Of a DNA stretch of 64,000 nucleotides, positions 15,501 through 30,500 are shown one piece after another. How positions within the stretch are numbered: position 1 is the first letter of the stretch; each line of letters starts with the position of its first letter. The stretch is from Mobula hypostoma (taxonomy: Eukaryota). The position numbers and the translations under genes were made by a program. The DNA is taken from assembly GCF_963921235.1 (NCBI RefSeq), contig NC_086097.1:4402001-4466000 (forward strand), read 5' to 3'. The notes under the pieces are model-generated. The model was given only the letters and a program-made list of their open reading frames with translations, was not told the DNA's origin and made no database searches.

Positions 15501-18500
15501 TCTTCCACCTGTTCTATCTGAACAGGTCCTTCTCCCTGTTCTATCTAAACAGGTCCTTCAGATAGAATGTAGGCAGAAAAGTCCCTGAAACGGTCCATCA
15601 GATAGAACGTAGACAAGCCATTCCCTGAACAAATTCTTCAGATAAATCGTAGACAGTACAGCTGCTGAACGGCCCTTCAGATAGAATGTAGACCGTACAG
15701 TCCCTGAACGGGTCCTTCAGATAGAATGTAGACAGTACAGGCCCTGAAAAGTTCCTTCAGGTCAAATATAGACGGTACAGTCCCTGAAAAGGTCCTTCAG
15801 ATAGAACAAAGACAGTACAGTCCGTGAACAGGCCCTTCAGAGATAACTTAGATGGTACGGTCCCTGAACAGGTTCTTAGATAGAAGGTAGACAGTACAGA
15901 CCCTAAACAGGCCCTTCAGATAGAACATAGACGGTACAGTCCCTGAACAGGTCATGCTGTTAGAACGTAGACATTACATCCACTGAACAGGTCCTTCAGA
16001 TAGAATATACTCAGTACAGACCCTGAACAGGTCCTTAAGATAGAACATAGAAGGTACAATCTCTGAACAGATCATTCAGATAAAACGTAGACAGTACAGT
16101 CCCTGAACAGGTCATTCAGATAGAACGTAGACAGTACGTTCTGAACAGGTCTCCTACCTGTTCTATCTGAACAGGTCCTTCTCCTTGTTTTATCTAAACA
16201 AGTCCTTCAGAGAGAATGTAGACAGAACAGTCCCTGAACCGGTCCTTCAGATAGAACATAGACAGTACAGTCACTGAACAGGTCCTTCAGATAGAACGTA
16301 GACGGTACAGTCCCTGAACAGGTCCTTCAGAGAGAACGTAGACAGTTCCGGCACTGAAAAGCTCCTTCAGGTCAAATATAGACGGTAAAGTCCCTGAACA
16401 GTTTCTTCACATAGAACGTAGGCAGTACTGTCCTTGTACAGGTCCTTCAGATTGAACGTAGACAGTACAGACCATGAACATGTCCGCCAGTTAGAACACA
16501 GACCCTACAATCCCTGAACCGGTCCTTCAGATAGAACGTAGACAGTACAGGTCCTGAAAAGTTCCTTCAGGTCAAATATAGACAGTACAGTCCGTGAACA
16601 GGCCCTTCAGATAGAATATAGACGGTGCAGTCCTTGAACAGGTCCTTCAGATAGACCGTAGACAGTACAGTCCCTGAACAGGTCCTTAAGATAGAACATG
16701 GACCGTACAGTCCCTGAACAGGCCCTTCAGATAGAACGTAGACAGAATAGTCCCTGAAGAGGTCCTGTTGTTAGAACGTAGACAGTACATCCACTGAACA
16801 GGTCCTTCAGATAGAATATACTCAGTACAGACCCTGAACAGGTCCTTAAGATAGAACGTAGACGGTACAGTCCCTGAACAGGTCCTTCAGATAGAATATA
16901 GACGGAACAGTCCTTGAACATGTCCTTCAGATAGAACGTGGACAATACGTTCTGAACAGGTCTTCACCCTGTTCTATCTAAACAGGTCCTTCTGATAGAA
17001 TGTAGACAGAACAGTCCCTGAACCGGTCCTTCAGATAGAAAATAGAGAGTACAGTCCCTGTACAGGTCCTTCAGACAGAATTTTCTCAGTACAGCCCCTG
17101 AACAGATCCTTCAGATAGAATGTAGACAGAACAGCCCCTGAACAGATCCTTCAGATAGAACGTGGACAGTACGTTCTAAACAGGTCTTCACCCTGTTCTA
17201 TCTGATCAGGTCCTTCAACCTGTTCTATCGGAACAGGTCCTTCAGATAGAATATAGACAGAACAGTCCCTGAACAGGTCCTTCAGATAGAATGTAGACGC
17301 TACAGTCCCTGAACAGGTCATTCAGATAGAATGTAGACAGTACTGTCCCTGAACAGGTCATTCAGATAGAATGTAGAGAATACGTTCTGAACAGGTGTTC
17401 TACCTGTTCTATCTGAACAGGTCCTTCTCCTTGTTCTATCTAAACAGGTCCTTCAGATAGAATGTAGACAGAATAGTCCCTGAAGAGGTCTTTCAGAGAG
17501 AACATGGACAGTACAGTCCCTGAACAGGTCCTTCAGATAGAACACCGACAGTACAGACCCTTCAGAGAGCACGTAGATGGTACGTTCCCTAAACATGTTC
17601 TTCAGATATCAGGTAGACAGTAGAGCCCCTGAACAGGCCCTACAGATAGAACGTAGAGAGTACAGTCCCTGTACAGGTCCTTCAGACAGAATGTACTCAG
17701 TACAGCCCCTGAACAGATCCTTCAGATAGAACGTGGACAGTACTTTCTGAACAGGTCTTCACCCTGTTCTATCTGATCAGGTCCTTCTCCCTGTTCTATC
17801 TAAACAGGTCCTTCAGATAGAATGTAGAGAGAATAGTCCCTGAAGAGGTCCTTCAGAGAGAACATGGACAGTACAGTCCCTGAACAGGTCCTTCAGATAG
17901 AACGAAAACAGTACAGACCATGAACATGTCCGCCAGTTAGAACACAGACACTGCAATCCCTGAACTGGTCCTTCAGATAGAACAAAGTCAGTACAGTCCT
18001 TGAACAGGTCCTTCAGATAGACCGTAGACAGTACAGTCCCTGAACAGGTCCTTCAGATAGAGCGTAGACAGAATAGTCCCTGAAGAGGTCCTTCAGAGAG
18101 AACATGGACAGTACAGTCCCGGAACAGGTCCTTCAGATAGAACGTAGACAGTACAGACCCTGAACATGTCCATCACTTAGAACACAGACACTACAGTCCC
18201 TGAACAGGTCCTTCAGATGGAACACAGACAGTACAGACCCTTCAGAGAGCACATAGATGGTACGTTCCCTAAACATGTTCTTCAGACATAAGGTAGACAG
18301 TGGAGCCCCTGAACAGGCCCTACAGATAGAACGTTGACGGTACGGTCCCTGAACAGGTCCTTCAGATAGAACGTAGAGAGTACAGTCCCTGAACAGGTCC
18401 TTCAGATAGAAGGTAGACAAAATAGTTCCTAAAGATGCCCTTCGGAGAGAACAGGGACAGTACAGTCCCTGAACAGGTCCTTCAGATAGAACGTAGACTG

Positions 18501-21500
18501 TTCAGTCCCAGAACAGGTCCTTGAGATAGAACTTAGACAATACAGTACCTGAACAGGTCCTTCAGATAGAACGTAGACAGTACAGTTCCTGAACAGTTCC
18601 TTCAGATAGATCGTAGACAGTACAATCCCTGAATAGGTCCTTTAGATAGAACGTAGACAGTACAGTCCCTGAACAGGTCATTCAGGTAGAACGTAGACAA
18701 TGCGTTCTGAACAGGTCTCCTACCTGTTCTATCTAAACTGGTCCTTCAGATAGAATATAGACAGAACAGTCCCTGAACCAGTCCTTCAGATAGAACGTAG
18801 ACAGTACAGTCCCTGAACAAATTCTTCAGATAAATCGTAGACAGTACAGCCGCTGAACAGGTCCTTCAGATAGAACGTAGACCGTACATTCCCTGAACAG
18901 GTCCTTCAGATAGAACGTAGACAGTACAGGTCCTGAAAAGTTCCTTCAGGTCAAATATAGACGGTACAGTTCCTGAACAGGTCCTTCAGATAGAACAAAG
19001 ACAGTACAATCCGTGAACAGGCCCTTCAGAGATAACTTAGATGGTACGGTCCCTGAACAGGTTCTTCAGATAGAAAGGAGACAGTACAGAACATGAACAG
19101 GTCCGCCACTTAGAACACAGACACTATAGTCCCTGAACCGGTCCTTCAGATAGAACAAAGACGGTACAGTCCCTGAACAGGCCCTTCAGAGAGAACATAG
19201 ATGGTACGGTCATTGAACAGGTTCTTCAGATAGAACGCAGACAGTACAGTCCCTGAAGAGGTCCTTCAGATAGAACGTTGACAGTACAGTCACTGTACAG
19301 GTCCTTCAGATAGAATATACTCAGTACAGACCCTGAACAGGTCCTTCAGAAAGAACGCAGACAGTATTGTCCCTGAACAGGTCCTTCAGATAGAACATAG
19401 ACAGTACAGTCACTGTACAGGTCCTTCAGATAGAATATACTCAGTACAGACCCTGAACAGGTCCTTCAGATAGAACGTAGACAGTACAGTCCCTGAACAG
19501 GTCCTTCAGAAAGAACGCAGACAGTATTGTCCCTGAACAGGTCCTTCAGATAGAACATAGACAGTACAGTCACTGTACAGGTCCTTCAGATAGAATATAC
19601 TCAGTACAGACCCTGAACAGGTCCTTCAGATAGAACGTAGACAGTACAGTCCCTGAACAGGTCCTTCAGAAAGAACGCAGACAGTATTGTCCCTGAACAG
19701 GTCCTTCAGATAGAACATAGACAGTACAGTCCCTGAACAGGTCCTTTAGATAGAACGTAGAGAGCACAGTTCTGAACAGGTCTTTCAGATAGGACGTAGA
19801 CAGTACAGTGCCTGATTAGGTCCTTGAGATAGGACGTAGACAGTGCAGTCCCTGAACTGGTCTTTCAGATAGAATGTAGACGGTACAGTCTCTGAACAGT
19901 TCCTTCAGATAGAACGTAGACAGTACTGTCCTTGTACACGTCCATCAGATAGAACGTAGACAGTAAAGACCCTGAACAGGTCCTTCAGATAGAACAAAGA
20001 CAGTACAGTCCCTGAATAGGCCCTTCAGATAGAACATAGACAGTACAGTCCCTGAACAGGTCCTTCAGATGGAACGTAGACAGTACAGACCCTGAACAGG
20101 CCCTTCAGATAGACCGTAGACAGTATAGACCCTGACCTGGCCCTTCAGATAGATCGTAGGCAGTACAGACCCTGAACAGTCCCTTCAGATAGATCGTAGA
20201 CAGGACAATCCCTGAACAGGTCCTTCAGATAAAACGTAGACAGTACAGCCCTGAACAGGTCTTGCAGTTAGAATGTAGACAGTACATCCACTGAACAGGT
20301 CCTTCAGATAGATCGTAGATCATACAGTCCCTGAACAGGTCCTTCAGATAGAACGTAGACAGTACAGGTCCTGAACAGGTCCTTCAGAAAGAACGTAGAC
20401 AGTACAGTCCCTGTACAGGTCTTCAGACAGAATGTACTCAGTACAGCCCCTGAACAGGTCCTTCAGATAGAACATAGACGGTACAGTCCCTGAACAGGTC
20501 CTTCAGAAAGAACGTAGACAGTACAGTCCCTGTACAGGTCTTCAGACAGAATGTACTCAGTACAGCCCCTGAACAGGTCCTTCAGATAGAACATAGACGG
20601 TACAGTCCCTGAACAGGTCCTTCAGATAGAATGTAGACAGTACACTCCCTGAACCGGTCCTTCAGATATAACGTGGACAGTACAGTCCCTGAACAGATCC
20701 TTCAGATAGAACGTAGACAGTACTGTCCTTGTACACGTCCATCACATAGAACGTAGACAGTAAAGACCCTGAACAGGTCCTTCAGATAGAACAAAGACGG
20801 TACAGTCCCTGAATAGGCCCTTGAGATAGAACATAGACAGAACAGTCCCTGAACAGGTCCATCAGATAGAAATTAGACAGTACAGTGCCTGAACAGGTCC
20901 TTAAGGTAGAATGTAGACAGTACAGTGCCTGATTAGGTCCTTGAGATAGGACGTAGACAGTACAGTCCCTGAACTGGTCCTTCATATAGAACGTAGACGG
21001 TACAGTCTCTGAACAGTTCCTTCAGATAGAACGTAGACAGTACTGTTCTTGTACACGTCCATCAGATAGAACGTAGACAGTAAAGACCCTGAACAGATCC
21101 TTCAGATAGAACAAAGACAGTACAGTCCCTGAATATGCCCTTGAGATAGAACATAGACAGTACAGACCCTGAACAGTCCCTACAGATAGATCGTAGACAG
21201 GACAATCCCTGAACAGGTCCTTCAGATAGAACGTAGACAGTACAGTCCCTGAACAGGTCTTGCAGTTAGAACGTAGACAGTACATCCACTGAACAGGTCC
21301 TTCAGATTGAAAGTAGACAGTACTGTCCCTGAACAGTTCATTCAGATAGAACGTAGACAATACGTTCTGAACAGGTCTTCCACCTGTTCTATCTGAACAG
21401 GTCCTTCTCCCTGTTCTATCTAAACAGGTCCTTCAGATAGAATGTAGGCAGAAAAGTCCCTGAAACGGTCCATCAGATAGAACGTAGACAAGCCATTCCC

Positions 21501-24500
21501 TGAACAAATTCTTCAGATAAATCGTAGACAGTACAGCTGCTGAACGGCCCTTCAGATAGAATGTAGACCGTACAGTCCCTGAACGGGTCCTTCAGATAGA
21601 ATGTAGACAGTACAGGCCCTGAAAAGTTCCTTCAGGTCAAATATAGACGGTACAGTCCCTGAAAAGGTCCTTCAGATAGAACAAAGACAGTACAGTCCGT
21701 GAACAGGCCCTTCAGAGATAACTTAGATGGTACGGTCCCTGAACAGGTTCTTAGATAGAAGGTAGACAGTACAGACCCTAAACAGGCCCTTCAGATAGAA
21801 CATAGACGGTACAGTCCCTGAACAGGTCATGCTGTTAGAACGTAGACATTACATCCACTGAACAGGTCCTTCAGATAGAATATACTCAGTACAGACCCTG
21901 AACAGGTCCTTAAGATAGAACATAGAAGGTACAATCTCTGAACAGATCATTCAGATAAAACGTAGACAGTACAGTCCCTGAACAGGTCATTCAGATAGAA
22001 CGTAGACAGTACGTTCTGAACAGGTCTCCTACCTGTTCTATCTGAACAGGTCCTTCTCCTTGTTTTATCTAAACAAGTCCTTCAGAGAGAATGTAGACAG
22101 AACAGTCCCTGAACCGGTCCTTCAGATAGAACATAGACAGTACAGTCACTGAACAGGTCCTTCAGATAGAACGTAGACGGTACAGTCCCTGAACAGGTCC
22201 TTCAGAGAGAACGTAGACAGTTCCGGCACTGAAAAGCTCCTTCAGGTCAAATATAGACGGTAAAGTCCCTGAACAGTTTCTTCACATAGAACGTAGGCAG
22301 TACTGTCCTTGTACAGGTCCTTCAGATTGAACGTAGACAGTACAGACCATGAACATGTCCGCCAGTTAGAACACAGACCCTACAATCCCTGAACCGGTCC
22401 TTCAGATAGAACGTAGACAGTACAGGTCCTGAAAAGTTCCTTCAGGTCAAATATAGACAGTACAGTCCGTGAACAGGCCCTTCAGATAGAATATAGACGG
22501 TGCAGTCCTTGAACAGGTCCTTCAGATAGACCGTAGACAGTACAGTCCCTGAACAGGTCCTTAAGATAGAACATGGACCGTACAGTCCCTGAACAGGCCC
22601 TTCAGATAGAACGTAGACAGAATAGTCCCTGAAGAGGTCCTGTTGTTAGAACGTAGACAGTACATCCACTGAACAGGTCCTTCAGATAGAATATACTCAG
22701 TACAGACCCTGAACAGGTCCTTAAGATAGAACGTAGACGGTACAGTCCCTGAACAGGTCCTTCAGATAGAATATAGACGGAACAGTCCTTGAACATGTCC
22801 TTCAGATAGAACGTGGACAATACGTTCTGAACAGGTCTTCACCCTGTTCTATCTAAACAGGTCCTTCTGATAGAATGTAGACAGAACAGTCCCTGAACCG
22901 GTCCTTCAGATAGAAAATAGAGAGTACAGTCCCTGTACAGGTCCTTCAGACAGAATTTTCTCAGTACAGCCCCTGAACAGATCCTTCAGATAGAATGTAG
23001 ACAGAACAGCCCCTGAACAGATCCTTCAGATAGAACGTGGACAGTACGTTCTAAACAGGTCTTCACCCTGTTCTATCTGATCAGGTCCTTCAACCTGTTC
23101 TATCGGAACAGGTCCTTCAGATAGAATATAGACAGAACAGTCCCTGAACAGGTCCTTCAGATAGAATGTAGACGCTACAGTCCCTGAACAGGTCATTCAG
23201 ATAGAATGTAGACAGTACTGTCCCTGAACAGGTCATTCAGATAGAATGTAGAGAATACGTTCTGAACAGGTGTTCTACCTGTTCTATCTGAACAGGTCCT
23301 TCTCCTTGTTCTATCTAAACAGGTCCTTCAGATAGAATGTAGACAGAATAGTCCCTGAAGAGGTCTTTCAGAGAGAACATGGACAGTACAGTCCCTGAAC
23401 AGGTCCTTCAGATAGAACACCGACAGTACAGACCCTTCAGAGAGCACGTAGATGGTACGTTCCCTAAACATGTTCTTCAGATATCAGGTAGACAGTAGAG
23501 CCCCTGAACAGGCCCTACAGATAGAACGTAGAGAGTACAGTCCCTGTACAGGTCCTTCAGACAGAATGTACTCAGTACAGCCCCTGAACAGATCCTTCAG
23601 ATAGAACGTGGACAGTACTTTCTGAACAGGTCTTCACCCTGTTCTATCTGATCAGGTCCTTCTCCCTGTTCTATCTAAACAGGTCCTTCAGATAGAATGT
23701 AGAGAGAATAGTCCCTGAAGAGGTCCTTCAGAGAGAACATGGACAGTACAGTCCCTGAACAGGTCCTTCAGATAGAACGAAAACAGTACAGACCATGAAC
23801 ATGTCCGCCAGTTAGAACACAGACACTGCAATCCCTGAACTGGTCCTTCAGATAGAACAAAGTCAGTACAGTCCTTGAACAGGTCCTTCAGATAGACCGT
23901 AGACAGTACAGTCCCTGAACAGGTCCTTCAGATAGAGCGTAGACAGAATAGTCCCTGAAGAGGTCCTTCAGAGAGAACATGGACAGTACAGTCCCGGAAC
24001 AGGTCCTTCAGATAGAACGTAGACAGTACAGACCCTGAACATGTCCATCACTTAGAACACAGACACTACAGTCCCTGAACAGGTCCTTCAGATGGAACAC
24101 AGACAGTACAGACCCTTCAGAGAGCACATAGATGGTACGTTCCCTAAACATGTTCTTCAGACATAAGGTAGACAGTGGAGCCCCTGAACAGGCCCTACAG
24201 ATAGAACGTTGACGGTACGGTCCCTGAACAGGTCCTTCAGATAGAACGTAGAGAGTACAGTCCCTGAACAGGTCCTTCAGATAGAAGGTAGACAAAATAG
24301 TTCCTAAAGATGCCCTTCGGAGAGAACAGGGACAGTACAGTCCCTGAACAGGTCCTTCAGATAGAACGTAGACTGTTCAGTCCCAGAACAGGTCCTTGAG
24401 ATAGAACTTAGACAATACAGTACCTGAACAGGTCCTTCAGATAGAACGTAGACAGTACAGTTCCTGAACAGTTCCTTCAGATAGATCGTAGACAGTACAA

Positions 24501-27500
24501 TCCCTGAATAGGTCCTTTAGATAGAACGTAGACAGTACAGTCCCTGAACAGGTCATTCAGGTAGAACGTAGACAATGCGTTCTGAACAGGTCTCCTACCT
24601 GTTCTATCTAAACTGGTCCTTCAGATAGAATATAGACAGAACAGTCCCTGAACCAGTCCTTCAGATAGAACGTAGACAGTACAGTCCCTGAACAAATTCT
24701 TCAGATAAATCGTAGACAGTACAGCCGCTGAACAGGTCCTTCAGATAGAACGTAGACCGTACATTCCCTGAACAGGTCCTTCAGATAGAACGTAGACAGT
24801 ACAGGTCCTGAAAAGTTCCTTCAGGTCAAATATAGACGGTACAGTTCCTGAACAGGTCCTTCAGATAGAACAAAGACAGTACAATCCGTGAACAGGCCCT
24901 TCAGAGATAACTTAGATGGTACGGTCCCTGAACAGGTTCTTCAGATAGAAAGGAGACAGTACAGAACATGAACAGGTCCGCCACTTAGAACACAGACACT
25001 ATAGTCCCTGAACCGGTCCTTCAGATAGAACAAAGACGGTACAGTCCCTGAACAGGCCCTTCAGAGAGAACATAGATGGTACGGTCATTGCAGACAGGTT
25101 CTTCAGATAGAACGCAGACAGTACAGTCCCTGAAGAGGTCCTTCAGATAGAACGTTAGACAGTACAGTCACTGTACAGGTCCTTCAGATAGAATATACTC
25201 AGTACAGACCCTGAACAGGTCCTTCAGAAAGAACGCAGACAGTATTGTCCCTGAACAGGTCCTTCAGATAGAACATAGACAGTACAGTCACTGTACAGGT
25301 CCTTCAGATAGAATATACTCAGTACAGACCCTGAACAGGTCCTTCAGATAGAACGTAGACAGTACAGTCCCTGAACAGGTCCTTCAGAAAGAACGCAGAC
25401 AGTATTGTCCCTGAACAGGTCCTTCAGATAGAACATAGACAGTACAGTCACTGTACAGGTCCTTCAGATAGAATATACTCAGTACAGACCCTGAACAGGT
25501 CCTTCAGATAGAACGTAGACAGTACAGTCCCTGAACAGGTCCTTCAGAAAGAACGCAGACAGTATTGTCCCTGAACAGGTCCTTCAGATAGAACATAGAC
25601 AGTACAGTCCCTGAACAGGTCCTTTAGATAGAACGTAGAGAGCACAGTTCTGAACAGGTCTTTCAGATAGGACGTAGACAGTACAGTGCCTGATTAGGTC
25701 CTTGAGATAGGACGTAGACAGTGCAGTCCCTGAACTGGTCTTTCAGATAGAATGTAGACGGTACAGTCTCTGAACAGTTCCTTCAGATAGAACGTAGACA
25801 GTACTGTCCTTGTACACGTCCATCAGATAGAACGTAGACAGTAAAGACCCTGAACAGATCCTTCAGATAGAACAAAGACAGTACAGTCCCTGAATATGCC
25901 CTTGAGATAGAACATAGACAGTACAGACCCTGAACAGTCCCTACAGATAGATCGTAGACAGGACAATCCCTGAACAGGTCCTTCAGATAGAACGTAGACA
26001 GTACAGTCCCTGAACAGGTCTTGCAGTTAGAACGTAGACAGTACATCCACTGAACAGGTCCTTCAGATTGAAAGTAGACAGTACTGTCCCTGAACAGTTC
26101 ATTCAGATAGAACGTAGACAATACGTTCTGAACAGGTCTTCCACCTGTTCTATCTGAACAGGTCCTTCTCCCTGTTCTATCTAAACAGGTCCTTCAGATA
26201 GAATGTAGGCAGAAAAGTCCCTGAAACGGTCCATCAGATAGAACGTAGACAAGCCATTCCCTGAACAAATTCTTCAGATAAATCGTAGACAGTACAGCTG
26301 CTGAACGGCCCTTCAGATAGAATGTAGACCGTACAGTCCCTGAACGGGTCCTTCAGATAGAATGTAGACAGTACAGGCCCTGAAAAGTTCCTTCAGGTCA
26401 AATATAGACGGTACAGTCCCTGAAAAGGTCCTTCAGATAGAACAAAGACAGTACAGTCCGTGAACAGGCCCTTCAGAGATAACTTAGATGGTACGGTCCC
26501 TGAACAGGTTCTTAGATAGAAGGTAGACAGTACAGACCCTAAACAGGCCCTTCAGATAGAACATAGACGGTACAGTCCCTGAACAGGTCATGCTGTTAGA
26601 ACGTAGACATTACATCCACTGAACAGGTCCTTCAGATAGAATATACTCAGTACAGACCCTGAACAGGTCCTTAAGATAGAACATAGAAGGTACAATCTCT
26701 GAACAGATCATTCAGATAAAACGTAGACAGTACAGTCCCTGAACAGGTCATTCAGATAGAACGTAGACAGTACGTTCTGAACAGGTCTCCTACCTGTTCT
26801 ATCTGAACAGGTCCTTCTCCTTGTTTTATCTAAACAAGTCCTTCAGAGAGAATGTAGACAGAACAGTCCCTGAACCGGTCCTTCAGATAGAACATAGACA
26901 GTACAGTCACTGAACAGGTCCTTCAGAGAGAACGTAGACGGTACAGTCCCTGAACAGGTCCTTCAGAGAGAACGTAGACAGTTCCGGCACTGAAAAGCTC
27001 CTTCAGGTCAAATATAGACGGTAAAGTCCCTGAACAGTTTCTTCACATAGAACGTAGGCAGTACTGTCCTTGTACAGGTCCTTCAGATTGAACGTAGACA
27101 GTACAGACCATGAACATGTCCGCCAGTTAGAACACAGACCCTACAATCCCTGAACCGGTCCTTCAGATAGAACGTAGACAGTACAGGTCCTGAAAAGTTC
27201 CTTCAGGTCAAATATAGACAGTACAGTCCGTGAACAGGCCCTTCAGATAGAATATAGACGGTGCAGTCCTTGAACAGGTCCTTCAGATAGACCGTAGACA
27301 GTACAGTCCCTGAACAGGTCCTTAAGATAGAACATGGACCGTACAGTCCCTGAACAGGCCCTTCAGATAGAACGTAGACAGAATAGTCCCTGAAGAGGTC
27401 CTGTTGTTAGAACGTAGACAGTACATCCACTGAACAGGTCCTTCAGATAGAATATACTCAGTACAGACCCTGAACAGGTCCTTAAGATAGAACGTAGACG

Positions 27501-30500
27501 GTACAGTCCCTGAACAGGTCCTTCAGATAGAATATAGACGGAACAGTCCTTGAACATGTCCTTCAGATAGAACGTGGACAATACGTTCTGAACAGGTCTT
27601 CACCCTGTTCTATCTAAACAGGTCCTTCTGATAGAATGTAGACAGAACAGTCCCTGAACCGGTCCTTCAGATAGAAAATAGAGAGTACAGTCCCTGTACA
27701 GGTCCTTCAGACAGAATTTTCTCAGTACAGCCCCTGAACAGATCCTTCAGATAGAATGTAGACAGAACAGCCCCTGAACAGATCCTTCAGATAGAACGTG
27801 GACAGTACGTTCTAAACAGGTCTTCACCCTGTTCTATCTGATCAGGTCCTTCAACCTGTTCTATCGGAACAGGTCCTTCAGATAGAATATAGACAGAACA
27901 GTCCCTGAACAGGTCCTTCAGATAGAATGTAGACGCTACAGTCCCTGAACAGGTCATTCAGATAGAATGTAGACAGTACTGTCCCTGAACAGGTCATTCA
28001 GATAGAATGTAGAGAATACGTTCTGAACAGGTGTTCTACCTGTTCTATCTGAACAGGTCCTTCTCCTTGTTCTATCTAAACAGGTCCTTCAGATAGAATG
28101 TAGACAGAATAGTCCCTGAAGAGGTCTTTCAGAGAGAACATGGACAGTACAGTCCCTGAACAGGTCCTTCAGATAGAACACCGACAGTACAGACCCTTCA
28201 GAGAGCACGTAGATGGTACGTTCCCTAAACATGTTCTTCAGATATCAGGTAGACAGTAGAGCCCCTGAACAGGCCCTACAGATAGAACGTAGAGAGTACA
28301 GTCCCTGTACAGGTCCTTCAGACAGAATGTACTCAGTACAGCCCCTGAACAGATCCTTCAGATAGAACGTGGACAGTACTTTCTGAACAGGTCTTCACCC
28401 TGTTCTATCTGATCAGGTCCTTCTCCCTGTTCTATCTAAACAGGTCCTTCAGATAGAATGTAGAGAGAATAGTCCCTGAAGAGGTCCTTCAGAGAGAACA
28501 TGGACAGTACAGTCCCTGAACAGGTCCTTCAGATAGAACGAAAACAGTACAGACCATGAACATGTCCGCCAGTTAGAACACAGACACTGCAATCCCTGAA
28601 CTGGTCCTTCAGATAGAACAAAGTCAGTACAGTCCTTGAACAGGTCCTTCAGATAGACCGTAGACAGTACAGTCCCTGAACAGGTCCTTCAGATAGAGCG
28701 TAGACAGAATAGTCCCTGAAGCGGTCCTTCAGAGAGAACATGGACAGTACAGTCCCGGAACAGGTCCTTCAGATAGAACGTAGACAGTACAGACCCTGAA
28801 CATGTCCATCACTTAGAACACAGACACTACAGTCCCTGAACAGGTCCTTCAGATGGAACACAGACAGTACAGACCCTTCAGAGAGCACATAGATGGTACG
28901 TTCCCTAAACATGTTCTTCAGACATAAGGTAGACAGTGGAGCCCCTGAACAGGCCCTACAGATAGAACGTTGACGGTACGGTCCCTGAACAGGTCCTTCA
29001 GATAGAACGTAGAGAGTACAGTCCCTGAACAGGTCCTTCAGATAGAAGGTAGACAAAATAGTTCCTAAAGATGCCCTTCGGAGAGAACAGGGACAGTACA
29101 GTCCCTGAACAGGTCCTTCAGATAGAACGTAGACTGTTCAGTCCCAGAACAGGTCCTTGAGATAGAACTTAGACAATACAGTACCTGAACAGGTCCTTCA
29201 GATAGAACGTAGACAGTACAGTTCCTGAACAGTTCCTTCAGATAGATCGTAGACAGTACAATCCCTGAATAGGTCCTTTAGATAGAACGTAGACAGTACA
29301 GTCCCTGAACAGGTCATTCAGGTAGAACGTAGACAATGCGTTCTGAACAGGTCTCCTACCTGTTCTATCTGAACAGGTTCCTTCTCCCTGTTCTATCTAA
29401 ACTGGTCCTTCAGATAGAATATAGACAGAACAGTCCCTGAACCAGTCCTTCAGATAGAACGTAGACAGTACAGTCCCTGAACAAATTCTTCAGATAAATC
29501 GTAGACAGTACAGCCGCTGAACAGGTCCTTCAGATAGAACGTAGACCGTACAGTCCCTGAACAGGTCCTTCAGATAGAACGTAGACAGTACAGGTCCTGA
29601 AAAGTTCCTTCAGGTCAAATATAGACGGTACAGTTCCTGAACAGGTCCTTCAGATAGAACAAAGACAGTACAATCCGTGAACAGGCCCTTCAGAGATAAC
29701 TTAGATGGTACGGTCCCTGAACAGATTCTTCAGATAGAAAGGAGACAGTACAGAACATGAACAGGTCCGCCACTTAGAACACAGACACTATAGTCCCTGA
29801 ACCGGTCCTTCAGATAGAACAAAGACGGTACAGTCCCTGAACAGGCCCTTCAGAGAGAACATAGATGGTACGGTCATTGAACAGGTTCTTCAGATAGAAC
29901 GCAGACAGTACAGTCCCTGAAGAGGTCCTTCAGATAGAACGTTGACAGTACAGTCACTGTACAGGTCCTTCAGATAGAATATACTCAGTACAGACCCTGA
30001 ACAGGTCCTTCAGAAAGAACGCAGACAGTATTGTCCCTGAACAGGTCCTTCAGATAGAACGTAGACAGTACAGGTCCTGAAAAGTTCCTTCAGGTCAAAT
30101 ATAGACGGTACAGTCCCTGAAAAGGTCCTTCAGATAGAACAAAGACAGTACAGTCCGTGAACAGGCCCTTCAGAGATAACTTAGATGGTACGGTCCCTGA
30201 ACAGGTTCTTAGATAGAAGGTAGACAGTACAGACCCTAAACAGGCCCTTCAGATAGAACATAGACGGTACAGTCCCTGAACAGGTCATGCTGTTAGAACG
30301 TAGACATTACATCCACTGAACAGGTCCTTCAGATAGAATATACTCAGTACAGACCCTGAACAGGTCCTTAAGATAGAACATAGAAGGTACAATCTCTGAA
30401 CAGATCATTCAGATAAAACGTAGACAGTACAGTCCCTGAACAGGTCATTCAGATAGAACGTAGACAGTACGTTCTGAACAGGTCTCCTACCTGTTCTATC

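Noticed and set aside
25085..25160. Private small insertions in single HOR copies (CATTGCAGACAGG, AACGTTAGAC; also ACGGTAACAG at ~15121)
   Set aside because: Singletons in otherwise near-identical copies; may be consensus or sequencing errors and cannot be interpreted without reads
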